NCBI GenBank assembly: GCA_025451535.1
Contig: JANWKE010000155.1
Span: 1,276-65,275 of the forward strand
Length of the DNA stretch: 64,000 nucleotides
Origin: Verrucomicrobiia bacterium
Lineage (GTDB): Bacteria; Verrucomicrobiota; Verrucomicrobiia; Limisphaerales; UBA11358
Direction: 5' to 3'
In this document: positions 28,599-38,933 of the stretch, in pieces
Layout of the letters: each line of letters opens with the position of its first letter
Position numbering within the stretch: position 1 is the stretch's first letter
Notes under the pieces: generated by a model
Told to the model about the DNA's origin: nothing
Databases searched by the model: none
The model's input: only the letters and a program-made list of their open reading frames with translations
Made by a program: the position numbers and the translations under genes

Positions 28599-30625
28599 AT
28601 CGTTTCCGGGGTTTGGATGGATGAAGCGGAAACCGGCCGGCTTTTCACCGCCCACCAAAAAAGGCTTCCGGCAGCCGCCGCCAGTGCGAGGATCCACAGC
28701 GCGGAGATGGATTGATCCAGTGGCGGCAGACCGGCCGTTCCGGCTACGTAAACGTAAGTTTGGTAAGTGATGCCCTGGCGAGTCAACACTTCCTGGGTGG
28801 ATTCGTTCGCGGGAGCAATGTAGTCGGGAGTGCGACGGTCGGAAATCCAGAGTTTTCTGGAGCCATCCAAATACTCAAAGACTTCGAACCGGGCATACTT
28901 GTGTTGAGCGACGATGGCCGGGACCTGGCCGGCGGAGATGGTGCGGACCTTCCAGTCCGTGGTCATCCCCTGGAAAACGGCGAGGGCGACCATTCCACAC
29001 GCGGCCAAGGCGGCAAAAGCTTTGTCCACACGACGTTCATTTCTGAGGCTCGTGGTGGAATGCGGTACGGATTGGCGGTTACGGCTCCCGCGCAATAACG
29101 TAACGGCCCCAGCCACGAGGATGAAACAGCAGAATGGATTCAGCAGCTGCCGGGACCACCATCCGACGTGCGTCAGGCTGACAGGGGGGTAATTCCGGTT
29201 TTCAATTTTCGTCTCATAACTGATGGCTTTCTGCTTAAGCAGGGCCACCGTGCTGTCCTCCGCCGGCGCGACGAAAGGGCACATCTTCTGGTTCTCCAGC
29301 AGATCGCCAGAGAGAATGCGGGCTCCGCGGGCGCTTTGGAAAATACTGAAACGAAACTTCGGGACCTGCGAATTGGCGATGTAGTTCTGCACCTCACTGG
29401 TGGACAGGTAGCGAGGTTGGGAAAAATGCGAGCGGGGGGATTGACCGAAAAGCCAGCACATAGTTGCCAGGTAGGCGATAGCCGCGGTCATGGCCAGCAT
29501 CACCCAAAGTCTGCCCGAGCCGGGAAATTGCCTGGAGAATGGCCTGCCGATGGCCCGTTCAGGAACGGTTCGCCGCCGGCGTTGCCAAATCCAGATGACG
29601 AGGGACAACGGCACTGCCGCAAATAGAAAGACTGGCAGACAGACGTTCCACCAAAAACCCAACATGGTGTAACCTTTGGCGTCAGACAGGTGGAACACTC
29701 GGTAGAGCAAGAGCATCACGGGCAGAGGCAGGCCGACAAAGCAGAACATGCCAATTCCCAAAGTGCGCCAAAAGGCAGCTACCGACCGGCGCGCCCGCTC
29801 ACTATTCTGACTGTCGCCTCCCATCTTGTATCCTATGTAACCGCCCAAGGGCAAAGCCGCGGCAACCCAGTAAACCATGCCCATAAAGACATAGGAAATT
29901 CCCTGCACCAATCCGCTCGAGCTCGTGGTCTTGGCTGCCACGCTGCCGTGCTGCGCCAGCACCGTGCCGACCGTCGCCGCCTTGGCCGTTGTGGCCAGCA
30001 GCGGCAGTACGGCAATCACGCCGAGCGTGAAGGCCTTGTCCGGAGCGGTTTGTTTCAGCGCACCGGCGACAAAGGCGAGGAATTGTTCCTGCAACAGTTT
30101 CCGCCCGCGTGAGAGTCGCTGCTTCACCGCGTCCTCGCTCAACTCCAAATCGTGCGCGACGGCCTCGATGGATTGGTGTTCGCGATAAAACAAAACCAAA
30201 GGTTCGCGATAGATCTCCGGGATGCGTTCGAGCGAACGCCAGAGAATCGCCTTTTCCTCCTCGCTGATAACGCGGTCTGGCGGCAGCGGTTCTGGTGAGA
30301 TCCATTCGTCTACCGCTTCCAGCGATTCGGCGGTGTGAGCCGGCTCGCGCCCCAGCCGCCGAAATTCCTTGCTGATGAGAAAACGAGTGATGCTGCACAG
30401 CCAGGGCCGCAACCTGGCCGGCTCCCGCAATTCCGCGAGCTGTTGCCAGGCATTCACGAAGGTTTGCTGGGCGAGGTCTTCGCTCCGGCTCACGTCGCCC
30501 GTGGCGCAATACGCCAGCGAGGAAATCAAGGTTTGATACCGTTCCACAATCCGGCGGAAGGCATCCCGGTTTCCGGCCAAACTTTCCGCTACCAACTCGG
30601 CATCGTTGAATTCCGCCGTTTGCAT
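28595..30625 (-). CDS. ECF sigma-70 factor with long multi-pass membrane C-terminal extension
   Basis: D.ELV...[36 protein letters not shown]; several TM helices downstream. Confidence 0.88.
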   Translation of the reverse strand: MQTAEFNDAELVAESLAGNRDAFRRIVERYQTLISSLAYCATGDVSRSEDLAQQTFVNAWQQLAELREPARLRPWLCSITRFLISKEFRRLGREPAHTAESLEAVDEWISPEPLPPDRVISEEEKAILWRSLERIPEIYREPLVLFYREHQSIEAVAHDLELSEDAVKQRLSRGRKLLQEQFLAFVAGALKQTAPDKAFTLGVIAVLPLLATTAKAATVGTVLAQHGSVAAKTTSSSGLVQGISYVFMGMVYWVAAALPLGGYIGYKMGGDSQNSERARRSVAAFWRTLGIGMFCFVGLPLPVMLLLYRVFHLSDAKGYTMLGFWWNVCLPVFLFAAVPLSLVIWIWQRRRRTVPERAIGRPFSRQFPGSGRLWVMLAMTAAIAYLATMCWLFGQSPRSHFSQPRYLSTSEVQNYIANSQVPKFRFSIFQSARGARILSGDLLENQKMCPFVAPAEDSTVALLKQKAISYETKIENRNYPPVSLTHVGWWSRQLLNPFCCFILVAGAVTLLRGSRNRQSVPHSTTSLRNERRVDKAFAALAACGMVALAVFQGMTTDWKVRTISAGQVPAIVAQHKYARFEVFEYLDGSRKLWISDRRTPDYIAPANESTQEVLTRQGITYQTYVYVAGTAGLPPLDQSISALWILALAAAAGSLFWWAVKSRPVSASSIQTPETI

Positions 30626-30773
30626 TACTTCAGTTGTCTTTATATCACCCGGTAAGCACCCAAAAAAGGCTAATAGGTGACAAAGAAACTCGTCAAAAGT
30701 AATGCTGTCGGCGGTGCCGAATGGAACTGAATACCTGCGGAGCAAGGACCGAGCGCAGCCTGGGTCGAAGTTC

Positions 30774-31505
30774 CTACGAAACCGTTTTCCGATCGGCCAG
30801 AATTTCCTGTTCCGCCGCGATGAGGGAATCGCGCATGGTCCGGGTGTCGGGCGCATCGCGCAGCTGGTCCAGCACTTTGGTTTTCATCGCGATCACGCAC
30901 AGCCGGGCCAGCGTGTGCAGATGCAACCGGTCGTCCTGGCAACAAATCAGGAAGAACAGATACGTCGGCTGGCCGTCGGGCGCACCGAAATGGATTTCCT
31001 GGATGGGCCGGCCCACCACGATGAATGAGGTTTCAAACAGGTAAGGTTCATGCGAACGCGGGTGGGGCAGGGCAAATCCGCCGGGCATCGCCGTGGGACA
31101 CAATTCCTCACGCGCCTCCAGGCTGGCCAACAAGGATTTGGGATCGTTGAGGTGCCCGGTCTTTTCCGCGAGCACCACCAGATCACGCAGAATGGACGCC
31201 TTGGTCTTGGACGACATGGCCGAGGCGATGGCGCCGGCCTGAAGCATTTCCGGCAGGATGGTTTCATGCGGCAGGATTTTCCGGGTATGACGCGTTGATT
31301 TTTGATGGTAATCCGCCAACCGCTGGCTGGAAAAACCAAGAATCCGTTGGGAAGCCCAGGCATCAATTTCGCGCTTGTGGAAAACTATCCGGTCGCCGCG
31401 TTTTTCAAACGGAATCTCGCGGTCTTTCACCCGCCGCTCCACGTCCTGGGGCGTGAGGTGCAGGTAATCGGCAACCGCTTCAAGGTTGAGCAATCGGAAC
31501 GGCAT
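30774..31505 (-). CDS. HTH (excisionase-like) fused to PTS EIIA domain
   Basis: VADYL...IP..K N-terminal HTH; RE....T....FALPH.R; FGAPDG. Confidence 0.88.
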   Translation of the reverse strand: MPFRLLNLEAVADYLHLTPQDVERRVKDREIPFEKRGDRIVFHKREIDAWASQRILGFSSQRLADYHQKSTRHTRKILPHETILPEMLQAGAIASAMSSKTKASILRDLVVLAEKTGHLNDPKSLLASLEAREELCPTAMPGGFALPHPRSHEPYLFETSFIVVGRPIQEIHFGAPDGQPTYLFFLICCQDDRLHLHTLARLCVIAMKTKVLDQLRDAPDTRTMRDSLIAAEQEILADRKTVS

Positions 31506-31634
31506 AAACGCGCGCTTTGAGCTGCGTTCGAGCCTAACGCCAAACCGACTTGCTGACAACCCGCTTCATGAGCAGGCCCGCGAACGTTTATCAACGATCG
31601 CGGGCCTTTGAGTTGGAACGTGAGTAATAACTTG

Positions 31635-32441
31635 CTAGTTGTTGCAGCTCGACGTGTGGATCTGCAGGTTGCCGGTGGCGATGGTCGCCGGGTCACTCAC
31701 CGAGTTTCCAATTTGCATTACGACGGTATGGCTGGCGTCCGTGACACTGAGGTACAGCATGTCGCTGCCGCCACCTGGTTCCAGGTTGTCGATGGCACGA
31801 CCAACGAAGGAAACCGGGACCGACGTACTGCCGCCGTTGGGGCCCAGGATGCCGGTGCCGTGGAAGTCAATGATGTTGACGTTGACCTTTGGTGATTTCG
31901 TTGAGACGCCCGAGCAGGAATCAACGATGATTTGCTGTCCCTGGAAATGCAGGCCGGTGGAGTGGTCAACCACATTCCAGTTCCCGCCATCCGCGGCATT
32001 CGGGCTGCACCCGGGGTAAACAACGCCGCCGAAGCTGTAGTTGGGCACGCCCTGGGTCTTGCCCACAGTGCCGCCGCCCGTCAGCCAGCACGGACCTTGA
32101 GGAGGCGGGGTGGAGCAGATATTTCCACCGAGGGTGAACAGGACAACCGGAGGGGCATCGTCCACCACCTTAACTTTTTGGCAAAGCGGGGTGAGGGTGG
32201 CCCCCGCCGGCAGGGTCGATGCCGTCACACAGACGGTGTACGTGTCGAAGGCGGGCACGGCTATGGTAGCGATGCCGAGATTATCAGTTGTGGCGCAACC
32301 CACGCCGGCGATACAGACCTCAACACCACTGGCCGCCGTGTCATTGGGACAGGCAACCCTGATTTGGACAACGCAGGCATCAGCTATCAGGCCGGACAAT
32401 GCTGTTGCAAGCAAACCGGCCATCATCGTTTGTAGTTTCAT
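31635..32441 (-). CDS. secreted Cys-rich hypothetical protein
   Basis: Signal peptide, Ig-like N-domain, PPP linker, CWLTGGG...GNLQIH beta domain. Confidence 0.75.
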   Translation of the reverse strand: MKLQTMMAGLLATALSGLIADACVVQIRVACPNDTAASGVEVCIAGVGCATTDNLGIATIAVPAFDTYTVCVTASTLPAGATLTPLCQKVKVVDDAPPVVLFTLGGNICSTPPPQGPCWLTGGGTVGKTQGVPNYSFGGVVYPGCSPNAADGGNWNVVDHSTGLHFQGQQIIVDSCSGVSTKSPKVNVNIIDFHGTGILGPNGGSTSVPVSFVGRAIDNLEPGGGSDMLYLSVTDASHTVVMQIGNSVSDPATIATGNLQIHTSSCNN

Positions 32442-32697
32442 AAGAGTTTTGGCTTCTGTTCTGTTACCCAGGCCATCCGCCCCGAACGGCATCAGACCAT
32501 CCGTCTGATGACCGGAGTGGTTCCTGGTTAGGTATAATTATAGACATCATAAGTGGCTATGTCCAGAGAAAAGTGGCCGGGATTGTCGCCGGGAACCGGA
32601 ATAATCCGTATGATGGACATCAAAAGCCCGACGGTTGGGACCAGGAAAAGACTGGAAATTTTCCTGAAATCGTGGACAAGTATCGAAAAGGATTTTT

Positions 32698-33720
32698 ATG
32701 AACTACAAACTGCTCGGCAAATCCGGCTTGCGCGTCTCCGAACTGTGTCTGGGCGCGATGACCTTCGGCGAGGACTGGGGTTGGGGCGCGAACAAGGAAG
32801 AATCCAGGGCCATGTTCGATCTATTTGTGAAGGCCGGCGGCAATTTCATAGATACCGCCGACGGTTACACCGGCGGTACCAGCGAAAAATATGTCGGTGA
32901 ATTCATTCGCGGCGAACGGAAACATTTTGTCATCGCCACCAAATTTTCCTTCAACCAGCACCGGGGCGACCCGAACGCCGGCGGCAACCATCGCAAGAAC
33001 ATGGTGCAGGCGCTCGAAGGCAGTCTGAAACGGCTCGGCACGGAGTATGTGGACCTTTACTGGATGCACGCGTGGGACGAATTGACGCCGATCGAGGAGG
33101 TCATGCGGGCGTTTGACGACCTGGTCCGCGCGGGCAAGGTGCTTTACCTCGGCATTTCCGACACGCCGGCGTGGTGGGTGGCGCGGGCCAACACGCTGGC
33201 CGAGCTGCGCGGCTGGACACGATTCGTTGGCCTGCAAATTGAATACAATCTTATCGAGCGGACGCCGGAGCGCGAGTTGCTGCCCATGGCCGAGGCGTTC
33301 GGAATGACCGTCACGCCGTGGTCACCCCTCGCCAGCGGCTGGCTCACCGGAAAATACACGGGCAAGGCGAAGGAAGAACGGCGGCTGGATAAAACGCCAC
33401 AATTCATGCGGCGCACCGAGCGCAACGAAGCCATCGCCCGGACGGTGGTCAGAGTCGCGAAAGCCGCCGGGAAATCACCCGCGCAGGTCGCACTGAACTG
33501 GCTGCGCGCGCGACGCAACACGATACCAATCCTCGGCGCGCGGAGGCTTGCGCAATTGGAGGACAATTTGAACTGCGTCAAATGGTCGTTGAACGCAAAG
33601 CAGCTCGCGCAGCTGGACGAAGTCAGCCGGATTGAACCCGGTTTCCCGCGGGATTTTCTGGATCGCCCCTTTGTGCGGGATTATTTGCACGGCGGCCTGT
33701 TCGACCGTATTCAACATTGA
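32698..33720 (+). CDS. aldo/keto reductase
   Basis: LG.SGL.VS..CLG.MTFG, DTAD.Y, SL.RL.T.Y.DLY..H, WSPL. Confidence 0.93.
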   Translation: MNYKLLGKSGLRVSELCLGAMTFGEDWGWGANKEESRAMFDLFVKAGGNFIDTADGYTGGTSEKYVGEFIRGERKHFVIATKFSFNQHRGDPNAGGNHRKNMVQALEGSLKRLGTEYVDLYWMHAWDELTPIEEVMRAFDDLVRAGKVLYLGISDTPAWWVARANTLAELRGWTRFVGLQIEYNLIERTPERELLPMAEAFGMTVTPWSPLASGWLTGKYTGKAKEERRLDKTPQFMRRTERNEAIARTVVRVAKAAGKSPAQVALNWLRARRNTIPILGARRLAQLEDNLNCVKWSLNAKQLAQLDEVSRIEPGFPRDFLDRPFVRDYLHGGLFDRIQH

Positions 33721-33784
33721 AACGGTGCAAGGCGGCGGCAACCGGTTTGCCAAACGGCCGAGGTGTGTTACCAGTGATGGCATT

Positions 33785-34804
33785 ATGAGCACGACTTTCA
33801 AAGGTTACGCGGCGCCGGCCAAGGGCGCGAAATTGGAACCGTTCGAATTCAACCCCGGTCCATTGCGGGACGAACAGGTGGAAATCCAGGTCGAATATTG
33901 CGGCATCTGCCACAGCGACCTGAGCATGTTGGACAACGAATGGGGCATGACGGATTACCCGTTTGTGCCCGGGCACGAGGTGGCCGGACGCGTGGTGGCC
34001 GCCGGGGACAAGGTGAAAGGCGTGAAAGTGGGCCAGCGCGTCGGGCTGGGCTGGTACGCGGAAAGTTGCATGAGCTGCCCGCAATGCCTTTCCGGCAATC
34101 ACAACCTTTGCCCGACCGCGGAGGCGACCATGATCAAGCGGCCCGGCGGTTTTGCCAACCGCGTCCGCTGTCATTGGGCATGGGCCGTACCGCTGCCGGA
34201 CGCGCTCGATTCAAAGAAATCCGGCCCGCTTTTCTGCGGCGGCATCACCGTGTTCAATCCGATCATCCAATGCAATGTGCAGCCGACCGACCGCGTGGGC
34301 GTGATTGGCATCGGCGGGCTGGGGCACATGGCGTTGCAGTTCCTGAACAAGTGGGGCTGTGAAGTGACCGCATTCACGTCGAGCGATTCCAAGCGGGATG
34401 AAGCGATGAAATTTGGCGCGCAGCACGTGGTCAACTCGCGTGACGCGGCGCAACTGCAAAAAATCGCCGGTTCGCTCAACTTCGTCCTGTGCACCGCCAA
34501 TGCTTCGCTGCCGTGGGACGCCATCATCGCCAGCCTGGCGCCCAAAGGCCGGTTGCACATCGTGGGTGCGGTGCTCGAACCGATCCCGGTCGCGGCGTTC
34601 TCGCTGCTGGCCGGGCAGAAAGCGATTTCCGGTTCGCCATTGGGCAGTCCGTTCAACACGGCCCGGATGCTGGAATTTTCCGCGCGGCACGGGGTTGGCC
34701 CGATGATCGAAGTATTCCCCATGTCAAAGGTGAACGACGCGATGGATCACCTGCGGGCCGGCAAGGCGCGGTATCGCATTGTTCTGCAGAACGACATCCG
34801 GTGA
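33785..34804 (+). CDS. Zn-dependent NADPH aldehyde reductase (Ahr/YjgB-like)
   Basis: CGICHSD, GHE, C..C..C.......C, CGG.TVF, GIGGLGH. Confidence 0.92.
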   Translation: MSTTFKGYAAPAKGAKLEPFEFNPGPLRDEQVEIQVEYCGICHSDLSMLDNEWGMTDYPFVPGHEVAGRVVAAGDKVKGVKVGQRVGLGWYAESCMSCPQCLSGNHNLCPTAEATMIKRPGGFANRVRCHWAWAVPLPDALDSKKSGPLFCGGITVFNPIIQCNVQPTDRVGVIGIGGLGHMALQFLNKWGCEVTAFTSSDSKRDEAMKFGAQHVVNSRDAAQLQKIAGSLNFVLCTANASLPWDAIIASLAPKGRLHIVGAVLEPIPVAAFSLLAGQKAISGSPLGSPFNTARMLEFSARHGVGPMIEVFPMSKVNDAMDHLRAGKARYRIVLQNDIR

Positions 34805-34831
34805 AATGATGCGCGTGGCGTACGCTGAGCG

Positions 34832-35383
34832 TCAGGGTCGCGAAACAAACGGGTTGCCTTTGATGTAAAACCGGAGGTGCCGCCTCGCCCAATGCCGCGC
34901 GTAATCCACGCCAATGCGCGGGCGTTTGACAAGGGTAATCGGTTCGGCTTTGGACGGCGTGGCGATGAAGAAGTCGTCACTGAGCAGATCGTGGCCGTTC
35001 AGGCGCCGGTCAATGTGCATTGCCCGGCAGAGCAAACCGGGGCCGCCGGTCCGGCCATCGAGGTTTTTCACCGGTTCCAGGGCGCGCAGCAACACGGCGG
35101 AGGCATGACCTGCGCGCTCGGTCACCACGTTCAGGCAGTGATACATGCCGTAGATGAAGTAGACGTAAGCGTATCCGGGCGGACCGAACATCACCCGGGT
35201 CCGTACCGTCAAGCCACGCGATGAATGCGCGGCCAGGTCATGGGGACCGAGATACGCCTCCACTTCGACGATTTTCCCGATGCGCACCCGGCCGCGTTCG
35301 ACGCGGACCAGCAGTTTGCCCGGCAATTCCCGGGCGACGATCGTGGTGTCCCGGTCGTAAAACGAGCGCGGCAACTTTTGCAT
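34832..35383 (-). CDS. mpg: DNA-3-methyladenine glycosylase (AAG/MPG family)
   Basis: IVE.EAY, YVY.IYG.Y.CLN, AVL.RALEP, GPG.LC, RIGV. Confidence 0.92.
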   Translation of the reverse strand: MQKLPRSFYDRDTTIVARELPGKLLVRVERGRVRIGKIVEVEAYLGPHDLAAHSSRGLTVRTRVMFGPPGYAYVYFIYGMYHCLNVVTERAGHASAVLLRALEPVKNLDGRTGGPGLLCRAMHIDRRLNGHDLLSDDFFIATPSKAEPITLVKRPRIGVDYARHWARRHLRFYIKGNPFVSRP

Positions 35384-35482
35384 AACCGGATTATACTGAC
35401 CGGGTAGCAATGGGAAACCCGGGTTTTCCCGGCTGACGGATGCCAAATAATGCTTGCCATTTCCCGAAAACGTGCAATAATT

Positions 35483-35619
35483 CACGCGTCTGTTAGATAA
35501 CTCAAAGCTTGCAAGGCATGGTAAATCTTCAAGTGAACCTGGTTCATGATGATTTGAAATCCGATTAACGGGAACAGTCTGGTCAAAGCAAAGTTCAGTC
35601 TAGGACAGTATAACATCAC
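35483..35619 (+). promoter_or_regulatory. conserved 5' leader of RRM gene 2
   Basis: Near-identical to the reverse complement of 9211-9347; TTGCCA -35-like hexamer at 35454. Confidence 0.7.
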
Positions 35620-35946
35620 ATGAGCAATAAATTGTTTGTCGGGAATCTCTCCTTCGACACCACCGAAAACGACCTGCAGGACGCCTTTGCGGCGCACGGC
35701 ACGGTCACCGAAACGAACCTGATGATGGATCGCGTGAGCGGCCGTCCGCGTGGCTTCGGTTTCGTCACCATGAGCACGCCCGAAGAGGCGCAAAAGGCCA
35801 TCGCCGCGTTGAACGGCGCGCAACTGGGTGGCCGTGCCCTCACGGTCAACATCGCCCGTCCGCGCGAAGAGCGTCCGGCCGGCGGCGGCGGGGGCCGCGG
35901 TCCGCGTCGCGAATACGGCGGCGGTGGCGGTCGCAATCGTTACTAA
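35620..35946 (+). CDS. RRM RNA-binding protein with Gly-rich tail (paralog 2)
   Basis: [18 protein letters not shown] tail. Confidence 0.95.
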   Translation: MSNKLFVGNLSFDTTENDLQDAFAAHGTVTETNLMMDRVSGRPRGFGFVTMSTPEEAQKAIAALNGAQLGGRALTVNIARPREERPAGGGGGRGPRREYGGGGGRNRY

Positions 35947-35967
35947 CTAATTACCGTTGGCTTTCGG

Positions 35968-36003
35968 AACGGGGCCCGGATAAAACCGGGTCCCGTTTTT
36001 CTT
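35968..36003 (+). terminator. rho-independent terminator
   Basis: AACGGGGCCCGG-ataaaa-CCGGGTCCCGTT followed by a U tract. Confidence 0.8.
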
Positions 36004-36107
36004 CCCTGTTCCCGGTGGCGCTGGATTCCCGGTGAACGGCAGTGCGCCTGGACCGGCGTTTGTCCGGTACCCATCAGCACCTGCCACGCCCAGGGAACAA
36101 AATGTGC

Positions 36108-36136
36108 TTGCCAGGAATTTCAAAATCTAATATAAA
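36108..36136 (+). promoter_or_regulatory. sigma70-like promoter of the Kelch gene
   Basis: TTGCCA-N17-TATAAA. Confidence 0.5.
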
Positions 36137-36162
36137 AATTAACACAACTCGAAAAGGCAGCG

Positions 36163-38820
36163 ATGAACATCCCCTCAGAAGGAAGTGCGCGCCTCGTGCT
36201 GGCGCTTGGTTTGTTTATTTTTCAAACTGCCTCAGCCGGTTCCTGGAACACCGTTGGTTCCTTAAACACGCCCGGCTATGGCTGCACGGCGACCCTGTTA
36301 CCCAACGGGAAGGTGCTGGTCGCGGGGGGTATCAGTGCCGGCAACAGCGCGGAGTTGTACGATCCTGCCACCGGGAACTGGGCGGTTACCGGATCCTTGG
36401 CCGCCAACCGTTATTCCCACACCGCGACCTTGTTGACCAATGGCAAGGTGTTGGTCGCCGGAGGTTCCGGCAGCGCGGGATTGCTCTCCAGCGCGGAGTT
36501 ATATGATCCGTTCACGGGGACCTGGACCAACACCGGTCCGCTCAACTTTGCCCGTAACGAGCATACGGCGACCCTGCTGGCGAATGGCAAAGTGCTCGTT
36601 TCGGGTGGTCAAGGCAGCAGCCAGTTTCTTTCCAGCGCCGAGTTGTATGATCCGGTCATGGGGACCTGGACCAACACCGGTTCGCTGAATGACGCGCGTT
36701 ACGGCCATACCGCGACCTTATTGACCAATGGCATGGTTCTCGTCACGGGAGGGGGAGGCGTGGGGCTTACACTGGCCGACGCGGAGTTGTATGATCCCAA
36801 CGCGGGGAGCTGGACGTTGACCGGCGCGCCGAGCGTTCAATATAGCTATCACACGTCAACGTTGCTGCCCGGCGGCCAGGTGCTGGTGGCGGGCGGCCTT
36901 GGCTTCAGTGGGGTGCTTTCCAACGCAGACCTGTACAACCCCGTTACCGGGACGTGGACTGCGACCGGTCCGCTGAACCAGGCGCGTTATTTACACATGG
37001 CGAACCTGTTGCCCAACGGCCAGGTAGTCGTTGCCGGAGGCAAAAACGGCAGCTCGCTCTCCAGTGCCGAGTTGTACGATCCCGCCAGCGGAACGTGGAC
37101 CAACACCAGCCTGTTGAACACCACCCGCGATTCACATGTCGCGACGTTGTTGCCCAACGGCCAGGTGCTGGTGGCGGGCGGAGTCAGCTTTGGCGTCCCG
37201 CTGAACAGCGCGGAACTCTATGATCCAACCATCAATCCCGCCACCGGAACCAACATTTTGACCGGCGGGCTGAATTCACCGCGTTATGCGCACACGGCGA
37301 CGTTGTTGCCCAACGGCCTGGTTTTGATTGCGGGCGGCGGCACCGGTGGGGCCGATTTTACCAACGCGGAACTGTTCAATCCACTCATCCGAGCATTTGC
37401 CAATACCGGCGGATTGACCAACGCTCCCCGCATCCACACGGCCACGCTGTTGCCCAATGGCAAGGTGCTGGTCGCGGGCGGCGAAGATGCCGGCGGGAAC
37501 CCCCTGGCCAGTGCTTCGCTGTATGATCCGGCGACCGGGAGGTGGACCAACACCGGTTCCATGTCAGCGGCCCGTTATCGTCACACGGCCACGTTGTTGT
37601 CCGATGGCAAGGTCCTGGTCGTCGGGGGCCTCAGCACGGGAAACCTTCTGCTATCCAGCGCAGAACTTTATGATCCGGTCACCGGCACCTGGAAGCCCAC
37701 CGGTTCCACCACCACCTTCCGTTATTGGCACTCGGCCAGCCTGCTGACGAACGGCCAGGTATTGGTTTCCGGTGGCCAGGGTGCCAGTCCCTTTACCAGT
37801 GCCGAGTTGTATGATCCGGTGACCGGGGTATGGACGGCCACGGGCTCAATGATCAGCGGCAGATATTTTCATACGTCCACCCTGTTGCCAAACGGCAAAG
37901 TGCTGGTGGCCGGCGGTCAGGGCAATAGCGGCTATCTGGCCAGTGCCGAGTTGTATGACCCGGCAACCCGCACGTGGACGGCCACGAGTGCGATGTCCGT
38001 CCCACGGTACAACTTCCCGGCCGCTGTGCTGCCCAACGGAAAGGTTCTGGTGGTCGGCGGTGTCAACAACAGCGGCATCATTCCCAGCACGGAAGTCTAC
38101 GACCCGGCCCTTGGACAATGGACGGCAACCAATGCGCTCAATATTGCACGATTCAGTGCCACGGCGACGGTGCTGCCCAATGGCCGGGTGCTCATCGCCG
38201 GCGGTGCCGGCAACAGCGGTTACCCGGCCAATGCCGAGTTGTATGATGCCGGTCTTAATTTCAGCAATACCTGGCGACCGCAAATAACCGCCATCACCTC
38301 GCCGCTTGCCTTGGGAGGCGATCTGGTTGCCACCGGCGCGCAATTCCGCGGGGTGTCAGAAGGGTCCAGCGGTAATTCGCAGGATGCATCGGCGGATTAT
38401 CCCCTGATCGAATTGCGCGGTATCGAAAATGGGCAAATCCGGTTCCTGCTCTCCTCAAATTGGACCACAAACTCGTTTACTTCGCTGCCGGTTTGGGGAT
38501 TTCCACCCGGTTACGCGTTGGCGACCGTATTTGCCAACGGGATTCCGGGCACTGCCAGCATTGTCAATGTCAGCGTTCCGATTCCGGTTGCGGCGGTCCT
38601 GACCAGCGCCCAAAAAACGAATGGCGGTCCATTCTCGTTCAGTTTCACCAACAACGTGGGGGTCTTGTGCGGCGTGCTCGCAACCACCAATCTGGCGCTG
38701 CCATTGGCCAGTTGGTCGGTCCTGGGTGCGGCCACGGAGATTTCACCGGGCCGGTTCCAGTTTGCCGACCTGTCGGCCACCAACAGTCCGCGCCGGTTTT
38801 ACCGCGCCTACTCACCGTAA
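36163..38820 (+). CDS. secreted Kelch-repeat protein (14 repeats) with C-terminal sorting-like domain
   Basis: 14 copies of R..HTATLL.NG.VLV.GG...AELYDP..G.W; C-terminus TNL.....W...F.D......RFYR. Confidence 0.9.
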   Translation: MNIPSEGSARLVLALGLFIFQTASAGSWNTVGSLNTPGYGCTATLLPNGKVLVAGGISAGNSAELYDPATGNWAVTGSLAANRYSHTATLLTNGKVLVAGGSGSAGLLSSAELYDPFTGTWTNTGPLNFARNEHTATLLANGKVLVSGGQGSSQFLSSAELYDPVMGTWTNTGSLNDARYGHTATLLTNGMVLVTGGGGVGLTLADAELYDPNAGSWTLTGAPSVQYSYHTSTLLPGGQVLVAGGLGFSGVLSNADLYNPVTGTWTATGPLNQARYLHMANLLPNGQVVVAGGKNGSSLSSAELYDPASGTWTNTSLLNTTRDSHVATLLPNGQVLVAGGVSFGVPLNSAELYDPTINPATGTNILTGGLNSPRYAHTATLLPNGLVLIAGGGTGGADFTNAELFNPLIRAFANTGGLTNAPRIHTATLLPNGKVLVAGGEDAGGNPLASASLYDPATGRWTNTGSMSAARYRHTATLLSDGKVLVVGGLSTGNLLLSSAELYDPVTGTWKPTGSTTTFRYWHSASLLTNGQVLVSGGQGASPFTSAELYDPVTGVWTATGSMISGRYFHTSTLLPNGKVLVAGGQGNSGYLASAELYDPATRTWTATSAMSVPRYNFPAAVLPNGKVLVVGGVNNSGIIPSTEVYDPALGQWTATNALNIARFSATATVLPNGRVLIAGGAGNSGYPANAELYDAGLNFSNTWRPQITAITSPLALGGDLVATGAQFRGVSEGSSGNSQDASADYPLIELRGIENGQIRFLLSSNWTTNSFTSLPVWGFPPGYALATVFANGIPGTASIVNVSVPIPVAAVLTSAQKTNGGPFSFSFTNNVGVLCGVLATTNLALPLASWSVLGAATEISPGRFQFADLSATNSPRRFYRAYSP

Positions 38821-38933
38821 TCCTGCCGGCCGGCTGCTTTGCCAGGGTACCGTGCGAGCCTGTAAACTGAAACCGGCCCGGAACCAGTCCTGCCAAACTG
38901 GACAGCGCCGGAAGCTGTGTTAGTTTCCGGCGC

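Noticed and set aside
36163..38250. Regularly spaced DNA repeats resembling an array
   Set aside because: They are coding Kelch repeats, not CRISPR or a DGR template/variable pair.
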